A DNA stretch of 64,000 nt. It comes from an uncultured virus (IMG/VR IMGVR_UViG_2778261440_000004). Taxonomy: Duplodnaviria; Heunggongvirae; Uroviricota; Caudoviricetes. Position 1 is the first letter of the stretch, and each line of letters begins with the position of its first letter. Below the pieces are notes generated by a model, which was given only the letters and a program-made list of their open reading frames with translations, ran no database searches and had not been told where the DNA came from. This document shows positions 17,704 to 28,150 of this stretch, in pieces. Location of the stretch: IMG/VR virus record IMGVR_UViG_2778261440_000004, positions 1 to 64,000 of that record; one strand, 5' to 3'. The position numbers and the translations under genes were made by a program.

Positions 17704-18867
17704 ATGGCAGGAATAAAGAAGTACCTAGACAAAACGTGTGTTGAGTCAGCATATGAAAGAGTTAGAGAATGCTTTAATAGGTTTGATAAAGTTGCAGTTT
17801 CTTTTTCAGGTGGTAAAGATTCAACGGTTGTACTAAATATTGCTTATGATATTGCTAAAGAATACAACAGACTCCCATTAGAAGTAATATTCTTCGATGA
17901 AGAGGCTATACACCCTACCACCATTGATTATGTCAAAAGGGTTGCCGCAAATAAAGACTTTGACTTTAAATGGTATTGCATACCGGTAAAGCATAGAAAT
18001 GCATGTAGTAGGACTCAACCATGGTGGTATTGTTGGAATCCAGAAGAAAAGGATAAATGGATAAGGGATCTTCCTGAAAATGCAATCACTCACCTAAAAG
18101 GATTTAAAAAGGGAATGAATGTTCCTGAAGCATATCGATTAATCCATAAAGATTATGCAGGAACTATAGTTTCATTGTTGGGCATTCGTGCTGATGAAAG
18201 TCTCCGCAGATTACGTGTTGTAACACAGCGTAATGTTGAGAATTGGATAACAATGAGAGGTAAAAATGAAGGTTACAGAGCATTCCCTATTTATGACTTT
18301 GTAACAGAAGATGTATGGAATATTACAGCTCTTAAAAAATGGGACTACAACAAAACGTATGATGTTTTCAAAATGGCAGGTGTACCCCCAAGTAGCCAAA
18401 GAGTATGTCCTCCTTATGGAGAAGAACCATTAAGAGGAATTCAAGTATATGCTAAATGTTTCCCTGCCATGTGGCATAAAATGTTGAATAGAGTTCATGG
18501 AGTGGCTTCTGCTTGGAGATATTCAAATACAGATTTATACTCTGTTGGCTTAAAGGATCCTCCAAATGGGTTGTCATGGAAAAGATACCTCAGCTTAATT
18601 ATGGATTTATACCCCGATGATGATCAAATTGCTATTAAAAAGCAAGTGAATTACTTGATAAAGTATCACCACTCCAGAAGTAAAAAACCTATACATGATA
18701 GTGAAACAGATTTAATTACTGGTTGTAGTTGGAAGTTCTTGTGCCAGGTTGTTATAAAGGGTGATTTCAAAGGGAGAACATCAAACAATATGGCGGATAA
18801 AGCGGATAAAATAAGAGAGAGAAAAGGAATGTCATTAAGTAAAGCACAAAAATTATTCGGAAGATGA
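17704..18867 (+). CDS. PAPS-reductase-family protein (IbrA/YbdN-like), copy 1
   Basis: VSFSGGKDS PP-loop, FFDEE, GIRADESLRR, FPIYDF. Confidence 0.88.
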   Translation: MAGIKKYLDKTCVESAYERVRECFNRFDKVAVSFSGGKDSTVVLNIAYDIAKEYNRLPLEVIFFDEEAIHPTTIDYVKRVAANKDFDFKWYCIPVKHRNACSRTQPWWYCWNPEEKDKWIRDLPENAITHLKGFKKGMNVPEAYRLIHKDYAGTIVSLLGIRADESLRRLRVVTQRNVENWITMRGKNEGYRAFPIYDFVTEDVWNITALKKWDYNKTYDVFKMAGVPPSSQRVCPPYGEEPLRGIQVYAKCFPAMWHKMLNRVHGVASAWRYSNTDLYSVGLKDPPNGLSWKRYLSLIMDLYPDDDQIAIKKQVNYLIKYHHSRSKKPIHDSETDLITGCSWKFLCQVVIKGDFKGRTSNNMADKADKIRERKGMSLSKAQKLFGR

Positions 18868-19382
18868 TAACACAACCACTTAACAAGCTCATTTGGATTG
18901 ATAGATCTAAATTACATCCAAATGACTATAATCCAAATTACGTAGCCCCAGAGGAGTTAAAACTATTAAAGAAGAGTATTATTGAAACCGGTTGGACTCA
19001 GCCTATTGTTGTTGATAAGCATTACGTTATAATTGATGGGTTTCACCGTTATACTGTATCTGCAGATCAAGATGTATTCAAACTTACTAAAGGTAAAGTT
19101 CCTGTAGTAATAATTGAAAATATTGATGAAGCACATAGGAGAATTGCAACAGTAAGACATAATCGTGCTAGAGGTACCCATGGGGTTATTGAGATGGCAA
19201 AGATTCTTAGACAACTTGCTGAGGAACTTAATTTGTCAAAAGAAGAAATAATGTTTCGACTTGGTATGGATTCAGAAGAAGTAGATAGACTTATTACCAG
19301 AGAGGGAATGCCGGCTTTAATAAGTAAGAACTCAGAAGGATTTAGTAAGTCATGGACTCCAAACAGAAAAAAACCACGTTAA
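18864..19382 (+). CDS. ParB-like IbrB/YbdM-family protein, copy 1
   Basis: YNPN, GWTQPIV, IIDGFHRY, TVRHNRARGTH. Confidence 0.88.
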   Translation: MITQPLNKLIWIDRSKLHPNDYNPNYVAPEELKLLKKSIIETGWTQPIVVDKHYVIIDGFHRYTVSADQDVFKLTKGKVPVVIIENIDEAHRRIATVRHNRARGTHGVIEMAKILRQLAEELNLSKEEIMFRLGMDSEEVDRLITREGMPALISKNSEGFSKSWTPNRKKPR

Positions 19383-19828
19383 GTCAAGAAGATAAAGCAG
19401 CATTCATAGGAGGTTTGAAAAACGGATTTGGTCTAACTATTTCATCATCATTCATATTAGTTTCTCCCAAAGATGTATCTCTTTACATTAAAGAAAATCC
19501 TGAATTTCATCGTCAGTGCATTGAAGCGGTTAAATTTAGCTCAAAAGCATTGCTTGTAATGAGTAATTCGTATTTGGAGTCTAAGAAGTTTGATAAGTGG
19601 TTGACTCATAATCATTATGTAAGAGAATTCAAATCCAATCTAGTACTATGGGAATCTTTCTGTGAATACAGTCAAGTGAATGAGTCTATAATGGTTCAGA
19701 GCTATGTATTGTACCAAGATTTACAAGAAGCTGCAACATCGATAGGAATGCTAGAGTCAGAATTCAAGTTGAAAATATTAACCTCTAAGAAGTTGTTAGC
19801 ATATTTTAAGCGACATAAAGTTGTATAA
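19352..19828 (+). CDS. Hypothetical protein, possible HTH/terminase-small-subunit-like
   Basis: KAAFIGGLKNG...YIKENPEF pattern. Confidence 0.45.
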   Translation: MDSKQKKTTLSQEDKAAFIGGLKNGFGLTISSSFILVSPKDVSLYIKENPEFHRQCIEAVKFSSKALLVMSNSYLESKKFDKWLTHNHYVREFKSNLVLWESFCEYSQVNESIMVQSYVLYQDLQEAATSIGMLESEFKLKILTSKKLLAYFKRHKVV

Positions 19829-19830
19829 AA

Positions 19831-19852
19831 TACACAAGTTTGTGTATTTTTG
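19831..19852 (+). promoter_or_regulatory. Operator copy 2 overlapping the TATTTTTG -7 element
   Basis: AAAATACACAagttTGTGTATTTTTG; TTG about 21 nt upstream of the -7 element. Confidence 0.72.
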
Positions 19853-19876
19853 AGTTGTCACTTAATTATAAGCTAT

Positions 19877-20719
19877 ATGAATTATAACTCTCAATCACAT
19901 TCGAGCCCATATATTATACCTATAGCCAATGAAATAATTAAAACACATTCGCCAATGGTAACGCGGAAATATCAAAGGTATACAGTTACTGAAATTGAAT
20001 ACATAAAAGACAACTTTCGTTTTGTTTCCAATTCTATTATGGCCAAAATGTTAAGCCGACCTAAGGAAGGTTTAAGGAAGTTTCTTCAAGAAAAGAAATT
20101 CTACAGAACTCCGGAAGAAATAAAATCACTTGTTACAAAAATTGAACTCCGATTAAATAATGGTAAGCCTGTTTATTGGGTTGAATTAAAAGGCAAGTGG
20201 GTAGAGTACCATAAATTCATTTGGAGGTCTAACGGGTACCGAATTCCTCAGTTCACTGATTTAATATTTATTAATGGTAGATCAAATGATGTTAGAATAT
20301 CAAACCTGACATTGTCTGGTAATGGTTTTAACGGTGATGTTAAAGAAGCAAATCAAGTCCGAAACAAGCAAAGGATTACCACACCGGAAATTAAGGCTGA
20401 ACGTAAAAACTATTGGAATAAACTCCTAGACTCTAAAGAACAGAAGAGGAAGGATAGGTATCAACAAAAACTTAAGGAATCTGCTGCGAAGAAAAAGGCA
20501 AAAGAGAATCGAAAGAAAATCAGGGAAAGAAACTGGAGTAATGATTTTCTTAATGGTGATAAGGTGTTGACAATTGATACTACTTCAGGTAAAAGACGTG
20601 TGAAGGTTGATAGCCGAACTACTATTTATGTTTCTCCAGAAATATCTGATGAACAAGCAATTCAAAATTATTTAGATAAACGTAAGAAGTCCAATGAAGA
20701 ATTTCGACTTAATAAGTGA
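19877..20719 (+). CDS. HNH_3-like domain protein (start uncertain, possibly 19955)
   Basis: WVEYHKFIW...G..IP....IFINGRSNDVRISNL. Confidence 0.55.
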   Translation: MNYNSQSHSSPYIIPIANEIIKTHSPMVTRKYQRYTVTEIEYIKDNFRFVSNSIMAKMLSRPKEGLRKFLQEKKFYRTPEEIKSLVTKIELRLNNGKPVYWVELKGKWVEYHKFIWRSNGYRIPQFTDLIFINGRSNDVRISNLTLSGNGFNGDVKEANQVRNKQRITTPEIKAERKNYWNKLLDSKEQKRKDRYQQKLKESAAKKKAKENRKKIRERNWSNDFLNGDKVLTIDTTSGKRRVKVDSRTTIYVSPEISDEQAIQNYLDKRKKSNEEFRLNK

Positions 20720-20969
20720 GCAAAGTCAGGATGTCGATGAGTGTAAAGTGATCAAAAGAATCTATGGGTCTGATAATGGCGATAATAGAGTTATTGTATT
20801 TGAAACTATAGTCACACAACCAGACGGTGATCTAAAAGTAGATATGAGCCCTATTGTATTACCAAGTACAGTTAAGGATCAAAAGCAAGACAAGCTATTT
20901 AAAATCCTCATTATCTTATTTTTCGTGGTAGTATTCGTGTTAGAAATACTGATACTATCATTTATTTAG
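20694..20969 (+). CDS. Membrane-anchored hypothetical protein
   Basis: C-terminal hydrophobic helix. Confidence 0.55.
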   Translation: MKNFDLISEQSQDVDECKVIKRIYGSDNGDNRVIVFETIVTQPDGDLKVDMSPIVLPSTVKDQKQDKLFKILIILFFVVVFVLEILILSFI

Positions 20970-21001
20970 TAATAAATCTCTCAATCATAATTATTAACTA
21001 T

Positions 21002-21229
21002 ATGAACAATATTATTGAAGTAAAATTTGTTCGAATTGAATTCGAATTAATTAAAGACCGTAAAATTATTCCTTCTCAAGGAATCAGACATGTCCCTCAG
21101 ATTGGTTCTAAAATTCATCCTGATTCTTTCCAAGAAATTCAAGGCATAACTCAAAAGTTGTACGAAGTTAAAGACGTAGTGCATAAGTATAGTAATGGTT
21201 TTGAGTGTATAACAGTATTACTATCTTAA
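21002..21229 (+). CDS. Hypothetical protein
   Basis: ORF preceded by the CTCTC leader motif. Confidence 0.55.
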   Translation: MNNIIEVKFVRIEFELIKDRKIIPSQGIRHVPQIGSKIHPDSFQEIQGITQKLYEVKDVVHKYSNGFECITVLLS

Positions 21230-21245
21230 TTTAATCACATACTTT

Positions 21246-22985
21246 ATGACATTGTTATCTCCTCTAATCCTTGAAGGGTTAGACTTGTTTTGTGGTGCTG
21301 GTGGTACCACAACAGGAATTGAATTTGCCAATATTGAAGGGGTTAAAATTGCTAAAGTTATTGGATGCATTAACCATGATCCATTAGCAATATCAAGCCA
21401 CAGTGCAAATCATCCTGAGACGAAACATTTTATCGAAGACATTAGATTATTTGATACATCACTTTTACCTAAGAAGTCCGTTAATGCTAAAACATTTCTT
21501 TGGGCTTCGTTGGAGTGTACAAATTTCAGTAATGCTAAAGGGGGGCAATCGCGTGATGCTGACTCCAGAACTTTAGCTAATCATCTATTTAGATACATTG
21601 AATACTGGAAACCTGATTACATTCTGATTGAAAATGTCCGTGAGTTTATGGCCTGGGGACCACTCCGGGTTAAGTGTTCTAAAAAACATAATGATCGATC
21701 AGACTTAGCAATTAATAAGGATGGTCAATATGTTATGATTCCGGAGTCAAGAACAGCAGGTGTTGATTATCAGAGATGGGTGAAGAAAATCAAAGATTAT
21801 GGGTATAACTATGATAAGCGTTTGTTAAATGCAGCTGACTTTGGTGCATATACTTCACGTATCAGATACTTTGGAATGTTTGCTAAGAAAGGACTTCCAA
21901 TGGCATGGCCACAACAAACGCATGCTAAGAAACCTATAGGTCATTTAAAACCATGGAAGCCTGTTAAGGATGTTCTGGACTTAAATGATCATGGTGCATC
22001 TATTTTTTCAAGAAAAAAGCCATTATCTGAAAATACACTAAAGAGAATATATGCCGGTCTAGTGAAATATGTAGCTGAAGGTGATGAATCATTCATTAAG
22101 CAATATAATGGTGGTGGAAATGATCAACGAGTTTACTCTAATGATAGACCTATTACTGCTATATCAACAAACAACAGACATGCAGTTGTAACGCCTCATT
22201 ATATTGTAGACTATTACGGAAATGGAAGAACATACACCGGTGACTTACCATTAGGAACAATTCTAACTAAAGATAAATTCTCGTTCGTAACACCTGAGTT
22301 TTTACAAAAGTACCATGGTAATGGTGAAAACCTTGTTCCTCTAAATGGTCCTGCTAGTTCATTAACTACAAAAGATNGGTTGGCCATAATAAATGCACAA
22401 TGGCTAGATAAACAGTATTCAGGTGAATCAAACCATCAAAGTATAGATAAACCATCCGGCACTATTGTTACAAACGATAAACATGCTTTGTTTTCAGCTG
22501 AGCAACCATATTTACTTCAAACTAATTTCAATAATAATCCTAAGTCTATTAATGAGCCATCTGCAGCTATACTAGCATGTAGAAAAGCTCAGTATTTAGT
22601 TAATCCACAATTTACTAGCAAAGGATCCTCTATTGATAACCCATGTTTTACATTGATTGCAAGAATGGATAAAAGACCACCATCAATAGTTACAACAGAA
22701 CATATTGAATATGGTTACCCTGCAATTATTGTATTTGATGAAGATTCTGAAATCATGAAGAAAATAAAATACTTCATGGCGTACTTTGGAATTGCTGATA
22801 TCAAAATGCGTATGCTTAAAATAGTTGAGCTAAAACGTATTCAAGGGTTTCCTGATGACTATGTATTACACGGTACTCAGGCAGATCAAAAGAAGTTCAT
22901 TGGAAATGCTGTACATTCTATAATACCTAAAATGTGGGTAGAAGCTATTTATTCTTCGTTAAGTAGGAAAATGGATTTATCTTAA
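21246..22985 (+). CDS. C5-cytosine DNA methyltransferase
   Basis: DLFCGAGG, SLECTNFS, ENVREF, RIRYF, RIQGFP, IGNAV; repetitive TRD; one N base at 22377. Confidence 0.92.
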   Translation: MTLLSPLILEGLDLFCGAGGTTTGIEFANIEGVKIAKVIGCINHDPLAISSHSANHPETKHFIEDIRLFDTSLLPKKSVNAKTFLWASLECTNFSNAKGGQSRDADSRTLANHLFRYIEYWKPDYILIENVREFMAWGPLRVKCSKKHNDRSDLAINKDGQYVMIPESRTAGVDYQRWVKKIKDYGYNYDKRLLNAADFGAYTSRIRYFGMFAKKGLPMAWPQQTHAKKPIGHLKPWKPVKDVLDLNDHGASIFSRKKPLSENTLKRIYAGLVKYVAEGDESFIKQYNGGGNDQRVYSNDRPITAISTNNRHAVVTPHYIVDYYGNGRTYTGDLPLGTILTKDKFSFVTPEFLQKYHGNGENLVPLNGPASSLTTKDXLAIINAQWLDKQYSGESNHQSIDKPSGTIVTNDKHALFSAEQPYLLQTNFNNNPKSINEPSAAILACRKAQYLVNPQFTSKGSSIDNPCFTLIARMDKRPPSIVTTEHIEYGYPAIIVFDEDSEIMKKIKYFMAYFGIADIKMRMLKIVELKRIQGFPDDYVLHGTQADQKKFIGNAVHSIIPKMWVEAIYSSLSRKMDLS

Positions 22986-23003
22986 ATATTTAGGATTAAT
23001 TAT

Positions 23004-23048
23004 TTGTTTTTAATGGTAGTATATGCTACCTTTGTTTTATCAAACAAA
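23004..23048 (+). promoter_or_regulatory. Promoter/operator repeat A (TTG...TACCTTTG with a GGTAG-N6-CTACC palindrome)
   Basis: Near-identical copy at 28151-28194. Confidence 0.72.
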
Positions 23049-23055
23049 TGAAATT

Positions 23056-23370
23056 ATGATAACCAAGAACGAAATCAATACACTGTTAGAAGACATTTTC
23101 AATCAAAACAATCTTAAAGAAGTAGACCTCATCAATATTGAGGTAATGGACAGAGATGATTGGGAATTCCAGTTTGAAGAAGATGAAAATGATATTTGGG
23201 ATTCAATTGAAAATTGCTACGATGACGGTGTAAAAAGAAAAGCAATAGTAATTGTTTCCTTCTCAGGTTATTCTGATTATGCAATAGTTCATGAACATAT
23301 GAATATATCAGATGCCAAGCAAGAAATAGTGAATTGGTTAACTGATGTTGTTCACCTTCTTCCTGTTTAA
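23056..23370 (+). CDS. Acidic hypothetical protein
   Basis: ATG downstream of the promoter repeat. Confidence 0.55.
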   Translation: MITKNEINTLLEDIFNQNNLKEVDLINIEVMDRDDWEFQFEEDENDIWDSIENCYDDGVKRKAIVIVSFSGYSDYAIVHEHMNISDAKQEIVNWLTDVVHLLPV

Positions 23371-23415
23371 ATCATACGGAATTTTTCCGTCTCTCAATTA
23401 TAATATCTCAACTAT

Positions 23416-23892
23416 ATGAAAAATTTATCAATTCAAGAATTAGCCGACAAAATGGGCGGCAAGTACTGGGAAAAGTACGGTAAAAAACGTGTTTATCTAG
23501 AAAAAGGGTTTAATACCAAAAAAATGTCAACAAATACATACATTGAAGAAGTTAATGGCCAATATGTTGTTAAATGCTTTATTGAATGTGAGAATCAACC
23601 CTATGAATTCATTAAATCTCAACAGGAAATTGTAATTCAAGGTGTAGAAGAAGATCTTGAAATTGCTCTAGCTACAGATGTATATCTTATTAAAGATCAG
23701 TCAACAGGTTTATTTGTGAATTCAAGCCCAGATACTTTTGATAAGTTGGATATCTGTACAGAAGTATTCTATTCAGAAGAAAAAGCTGATACTTTCCTTG
23801 AAGATGAGGTCAAAGATTGGAATGCAAACTCCGGAAAAGATCTCATAGTAGTTAAAATGGATAAATCAGAATTCGAAATTGCTATACAATGA
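23416..23892 (+). CDS. Hypothetical protein
   Basis: WEKYGKKRVY motif; CTCTC leader. Confidence 0.6.
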   Translation: MKNLSIQELADKMGGKYWEKYGKKRVYLEKGFNTKKMSTNTYIEEVNGQYVVKCFIECENQPYEFIKSQQEIVIQGVEEDLEIALATDVYLIKDQSTGLFVNSSPDTFDKLDICTEVFYSEEKADTFLEDEVKDWNANSGKDLIVVKMDKSEFEIAIQ

Positions 23893-24176
23893 TCATTGTA
23901 AAGGAGGTCAGAATAAAATTTGACCGTTTTTATCATGATACCGGTAAGGCTATTTTAATAGGTATTGGACGAAAAGAACATTGGTTGCCCAAATACCTAT
24001 GTAAAAACATAACTGTAAATAAAAAGCTTAAAGGGCATGTATGCCTTCCGGTATCAATATGCGATGAAAAGGGTATCTATTGGGATGAATCAGATGCTAC
24101 TGTGAAAATAGAGAAGCATATTCCCGATAAAATAGAAATCACCAATCCTATTCCTGACAAAGACTTAAAAAGATGA
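23889..24176 (+). CDS. Hypothetical protein
   Basis: TGKAILI...HWLPK motif; ATGA overlap. Confidence 0.6.
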   Translation: MIIVKEVRIKFDRFYHDTGKAILIGIGRKEHWLPKYLCKNITVNKKLKGHVCLPVSICDEKGIYWDESDATVKIEKHIPDKIEITNPIPDKDLKR

Positions 24177-24565
24177 ATTCACTGACATACATCTATGACT
24201 TTGATAAAGTAAGGAAGGGGAAGAAAAGTGTTTTGGTTAGGATTTTCTTTGATGTATATGAAGAAAAATTTCATTCATATTGGGTTAGCCAAAAACAATG
24301 GGAAAAGCTCTGCTCAGCATGGGAAGAAAAGAAGAAAAGTAGAGTTGGTCCAGTTTCATTATTAGCAGTATTCGACAAGAATAGGTTTGTATGGTGTGGG
24401 TTAGAGTATCCTGATTATTCAGATAGAGAATTCTTGGAAGAAAATTTTGAAGCTGAATGGGTTGATGAATTTGAAGTTGTAGAAGTAAAGGAAAGCCATT
24501 TTCCTAAAGCATTAGAACCTGAAAATAAAGATCCTGATGAGAGTCTTATTAGAGGATCAGAGTAA
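24173..24565 (+). CDS. Hypothetical protein
   Basis: ATGA overlap, in operon. Confidence 0.55.
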   Translation: MNSLTYIYDFDKVRKGKKSVLVRIFFDVYEEKFHSYWVSQKQWEKLCSAWEEKKKSRVGPVSLLAVFDKNRFVWCGLEYPDYSDREFLEENFEAEWVDEFEVVEVKESHFPKALEPENKDPDESLIRGSE

Positions 24566-25760
24566 AGCCATAAATAAACTTAGTAAGTTCAAGGTAGGTG
24601 CTCTATTCATGGAGCCAGGTACAGGCAAAACAGCAACTGCATATGAATTTGCAAAAGGAATACCGGATGTAGATTACATATTATGGTTTGCACCATATAG
24701 AACAATTCATGCTCCGGAATATGAAAGTAGTCTTCCTTATGAACTTGAAAAGTGTGGTGGTATATGGACGAAATATGATTTAGTAGGTATTGAGTCGATA
24801 AGTAATTCAAGTAGGATTTACTTAGAATTACATACTAAACTAAGTGAAGCCAAGAAACCTTTGATAATTGTTGATGAGAGCTTAAAAATAAAGAACTGGG
24901 AAGCAAAACGTACACAGAGGATCATAACGCTAGGTAAGTTAGCTGAATATAAGATGATACTCAATGGTACACCTATAAGCAGAAATTTACTTGATGTATG
25001 GTCACAACTAGAATTCTTAAGCCCTAAGATTCTTAAAATGAGTTTAGGTGAATTCAAACAAAACTATTGTGAGTATACTACTGTAACAAAAAATGTGAAC
25101 GGATATAAGGTTAAAAAGGAATTCATAACAGGATTTCACAATATTGATCATCTCTACTCTATCATTTCTCACTACGTGTATGAATGTGATCTGAAATTAG
25201 ATGTTAAAAAGAGGTATAATAGTATTCGTTACACAGTTGGTGTAGAAGAGAAGAAAGAATATGAGTATTGGAAAGAATTTTTCTTAAAGCTTGAAACCAT
25301 GATGATGTATGACAATAATATTTTCATACGTATGGTTCAGAAGCTTCAACATTCATATTGTAAGACACAAGACAAGGTTGATAAACTATTTGATCTGTTT
25401 AATAAAACACATTCTCAGAATCAGACTATTATTTTCTGTAAGTATAGGGATAGTGCAGAACTATGTAGAAATTCATTTCCGGAATCATTAGTATTGACTT
25501 ATGGTAAGCATACCTATGGGTTAAACCTGCAGAATAGGAATGTAACTGTATTTTTTGATAAAACATGGGATTATGCTCAGCGTTTGCAAGCTGAAAACAG
25601 AACGTATCGTAACGGTCAATTTGAAGATTGTTTGTTCTATGATTTGGATGGGAACATCAATCTCGATAATTTAATAGATTCTAATATTGCACGTAAAGAG
25701 TCAATGTTGGAGTATTTTAGACGCGTTGGATTACGAGAGTTTAAGCGAACACACAGATGA
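24537..25760 (+). CDS. SNF2-like helicase/ATPase
   Basis: MEPGTGKT, IVDES, LNGTP, GLNLQ, QAENRTYRNGQ. Confidence 0.85.
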   Translation: MRVLLEDQSKAINKLSKFKVGALFMEPGTGKTATAYEFAKGIPDVDYILWFAPYRTIHAPEYESSLPYELEKCGGIWTKYDLVGIESISNSSRIYLELHTKLSEAKKPLIIVDESLKIKNWEAKRTQRIITLGKLAEYKMILNGTPISRNLLDVWSQLEFLSPKILKMSLGEFKQNYCEYTTVTKNVNGYKVKKEFITGFHNIDHLYSIISHYVYECDLKLDVKKRYNSIRYTVGVEEKKEYEYWKEFFLKLETMMMYDNNIFIRMVQKLQHSYCKTQDKVDKLFDLFNKTHSQNQTIIFCKYRDSAELCRNSFPESLVLTYGKHTYGLNLQNRNVTVFFDKTWDYAQRLQAENRTYRNGQFEDCLFYDLDGNINLDNLIDSNIARKESMLEYFRRVGLREFKRTHR

Positions 25761-26200
25761 TCGAGAAAATAAAAGGTGATAGCCCTGATGTATACCGGTT
25801 GATAGCACCGTATGCAATGGATAGGAAATACATTCGAATGAATGACAATGTTATTACTACAAGCCCAAGTGATACATGGTACCTATTACTAGGTGATAAA
25901 AATGAGCTATTAGCATTTTACGCTGTATTTGAACACAAGAATAATAGCATTAAAGCTCACTCCTATTTACCTGTAAACATTGATTGGAAAAAAGGTCTAA
26001 ATATCCTATTAAGTGAAATTGTTTCCGATTTCAAATCATCTGATCACAATAGACTTTATACTTTCGGGAAAGATGAGTACCTCAGCATTTACAAGAAATT
26101 AGGATTTAAAATTTCAAACCGAAGAAAAGAATGGCACACACTAGAATTGGTAAAACGTACAAGGAAAAAAACGTCTACGAAGCAGCCAAAGAAAGAATAA
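25757..26200 (+). CDS. GNAT-like acetyltransferase
   Basis: LLAFYAV..., GLNILL, IYKKLGF C-terminal GNAT motif. Confidence 0.55.
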   Translation: MIEKIKGDSPDVYRLIAPYAMDRKYIRMNDNVITTSPSDTWYLLLGDKNELLAFYAVFEHKNNSIKAHSYLPVNIDWKKGLNILLSEIVSDFKSSDHNRLYTFGKDEYLSIYKKLGFKISNRRKEWHTLELVKRTRKKTSTKQPKKE

Positions 26201-27447
26201 AGTTTCTTTTCAATGAGTTCGAACAGATCGTTGTTTCATTTTCAGGAGGTAAAGACAGTGGTATTGTTCTGAATATGGTTCTTGAGTATGCTAATGATAA
26301 CTCTATGCTTGACAAGGTGTGTGTGTATCATATGGATTACGAAGCCCAATATCAGGCAACTACAGATTTTGTTACTGAAACTTTCAAAAGTCTACCCAAA
26401 CAAGTCTCAAAATATTGGGTATGTCTTCCAATAAAAGCTCAATGTAGTACATCAATGTTCCAAACGTATTGGCAACCTTGGAAGAAAGAAGACCGGGATA
26501 AGTGGTGTAGAGAACTACCAGAGAACTGTATAAATGAAGATAACTTCCCATTTGATTTTGATTATGAGATTTCTGATTATGACTTTAATCTCAAATTCGC
26601 TAAAGCTTTATCAAAGGAAAAACACACATGTTTCCTAATAGGTATTAGAACTCAAGAAAGTCTTCATAGATATAAAGCAGTAACAAAATTAGAGGACAAC
26701 AACACTTATAAAGGAATTAACTACACAACTACAATAAATTCAAATTGTATCAATGCTTATCCAATATATGATTGGCTTGTAGATGATGTATGGATTGCAT
26801 ATGGTCGTTTTAATTGGAAGTATAACAATATTTATAACCTTATGCATTTAGCAGGCCTTACACCTCATCAAATGAGAGTGGCAAGTCCATTTAATGATGC
26901 TGCACAAGAAAGCTTGAAACTATATAAAGCTTTAGACCCTAATAATTGGGGTAAATTGATTGGTCGCGTTAATGGAGTGAACTTCACAGGTCTTTATGGT
27001 GGTACCACTGCAATGGGATGGAATAGTATTTCTAAACCTGATCATTTTACGTGGAAGGAGTACATGTATTTTCTGCTTGAAACATTACCTGAAGATATAC
27101 GTGATAACTACCTCACTAAGCTAAAAACATCTTTTGCATATTGGTTAGAAAAAGGTGGGGCTCTTCCTGTTGAAACATTCAATGAATTACCATCTGATTT
27201 AGAATTTGAAGATTTGGGAAAGCCTCAGACAAAGAGGAAATACACTCAAGAATATAGAGTAGTAAAATTCAAAGAATATCTAGATGAGATTGAAATTAAG
27301 AATCCAAACCTTCTACCTACCTATAAAAGAATGTGCATAGCTATTATGAAAAACGATACCAGTTGTAAAACTCTTGGATTCGGACAAACAAAAGCTGAGC
27401 TGCAAAGAAGAAAAGATATTATGACAAAATACAAATCACTATTATGA
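26131..27447 (+). CDS. PAPS-reductase / DUF3440 protein (IbrA/YbdN-like), copy 2
   Basis: VSFSGGKDS, DYEAQY, GIRTQESLHR, YPIYDW, MRVASPF, RVNGVNF. Confidence 0.9.
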   Translation: MAHTRIGKTYKEKNVYEAAKERIKFLFNEFEQIVVSFSGGKDSGIVLNMVLEYANDNSMLDKVCVYHMDYEAQYQATTDFVTETFKSLPKQVSKYWVCLPIKAQCSTSMFQTYWQPWKKEDRDKWCRELPENCINEDNFPFDFDYEISDYDFNLKFAKALSKEKHTCFLIGIRTQESLHRYKAVTKLEDNNTYKGINYTTTINSNCINAYPIYDWLVDDVWIAYGRFNWKYNNIYNLMHLAGLTPHQMRVASPFNDAAQESLKLYKALDPNNWGKLIGRVNGVNFTGLYGGTTAMGWNSISKPDHFTWKEYMYFLLETLPEDIRDNYLTKLKTSFAYWLEKGGALPVETFNELPSDLEFEDLGKPQTKRKYTQEYRVVKFKEYLDEIEIKNPNLLPTYKRMCIAIMKNDTSCKTLGFGQTKAELQRRKDIMTKYKSLL

Positions 27448-27959
27448 AAAGCCCTGTATATAATGTTATCCCAGTACCAATTGATAAGATTAGAGCAAAT
27501 AGTTATAATCCAAATAGTGTAGCTCCTCCGGAGATGAAACTTCTTGAAACATCAATTTGGGAGGATGGGTATACAATGCCTGTTGTTTGCTATTACATAC
27601 CTGATGATGACATGTATGAAATTGTAGATGGGTTTCACCGGTATACTGTTCTTAAAACGAGTAAAAGGATTTATGAACGTGAAGATGGTAAGCTTCCTGT
27701 TGTAGTTATTGATAAAGACGAAAGTAATAGAATGGCTTCCACTATACGTCACAACCGGGCCAGAGGAACTCATGATATTTCTCTAATGGTAAATATTGTT
27801 GCAGAACTTAAGAAGGCTGGACAAGGTGATGCTTGGATAATGAAGCATATTGGAATGGATGCAGATGAACTACTTAGACTTAAACAACTAAGCGGTTTGA
27901 CAGAATTATTTAAAGATAAAGACTTTTCAAAATCATGGGAGTTAATAAGGAATCAATAG
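27444..27959 (+). CDS. ParB-like IbrB/YbdM-family protein, copy 2
   Basis: YNPNSVAPPEMKLL, DGYTMP, VDGFHRY, STIRHNRARGTH. Confidence 0.9.
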   Translation: MKSPVYNVIPVPIDKIRANSYNPNSVAPPEMKLLETSIWEDGYTMPVVCYYIPDDDMYEIVDGFHRYTVLKTSKRIYEREDGKLPVVVIDKDESNRMASTIRHNRARGTHDISLMVNIVAELKKAGQGDAWIMKHIGMDADELLRLKQLSGLTELFKDKDFSKSWELIRNQ

Positions 27960-28147
27960 AAGAGCTTAATAAACAGCAGCTTCAAATTAAAGCCAAGGAA
28001 ATCTCGAATGAACTTGGAATAACAAGAGATGAGCTTAGTGAACGTTTTGGTTACGGTAGTTGGCGTAGTTTTTCAAGGTCTGCTGCATTCGTTAAAAGAA
28101 TGAATGGTATTGTCTGGATTTATGATGAACTAAAAAAAACTAATTAA
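27935..28147 (+). CDS. Small HTH DNA-binding protein
   Basis: ELGITRDELSERFGYGS HTH-like. Confidence 0.55.
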   Translation: MGVNKESIEELNKQQLQIKAKEISNELGITRDELSERFGYGSWRSFSRSAAFVKRMNGIVWIYDELKKTN

Positions 28148-28150
28148 CTA

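Noticed and set aside
17704..18867. Sulfate-assimilation cysH auxiliary metabolic gene
   Set aside because: Length, motifs and coupling to IbrB match the IbrA/YbdN subfamily rather than CysH
22377..22377. X residue in the C5 methyltransferase
   Set aside because: A single ambiguous base; the frame is intact, so it is not a pseudogene or recoding event
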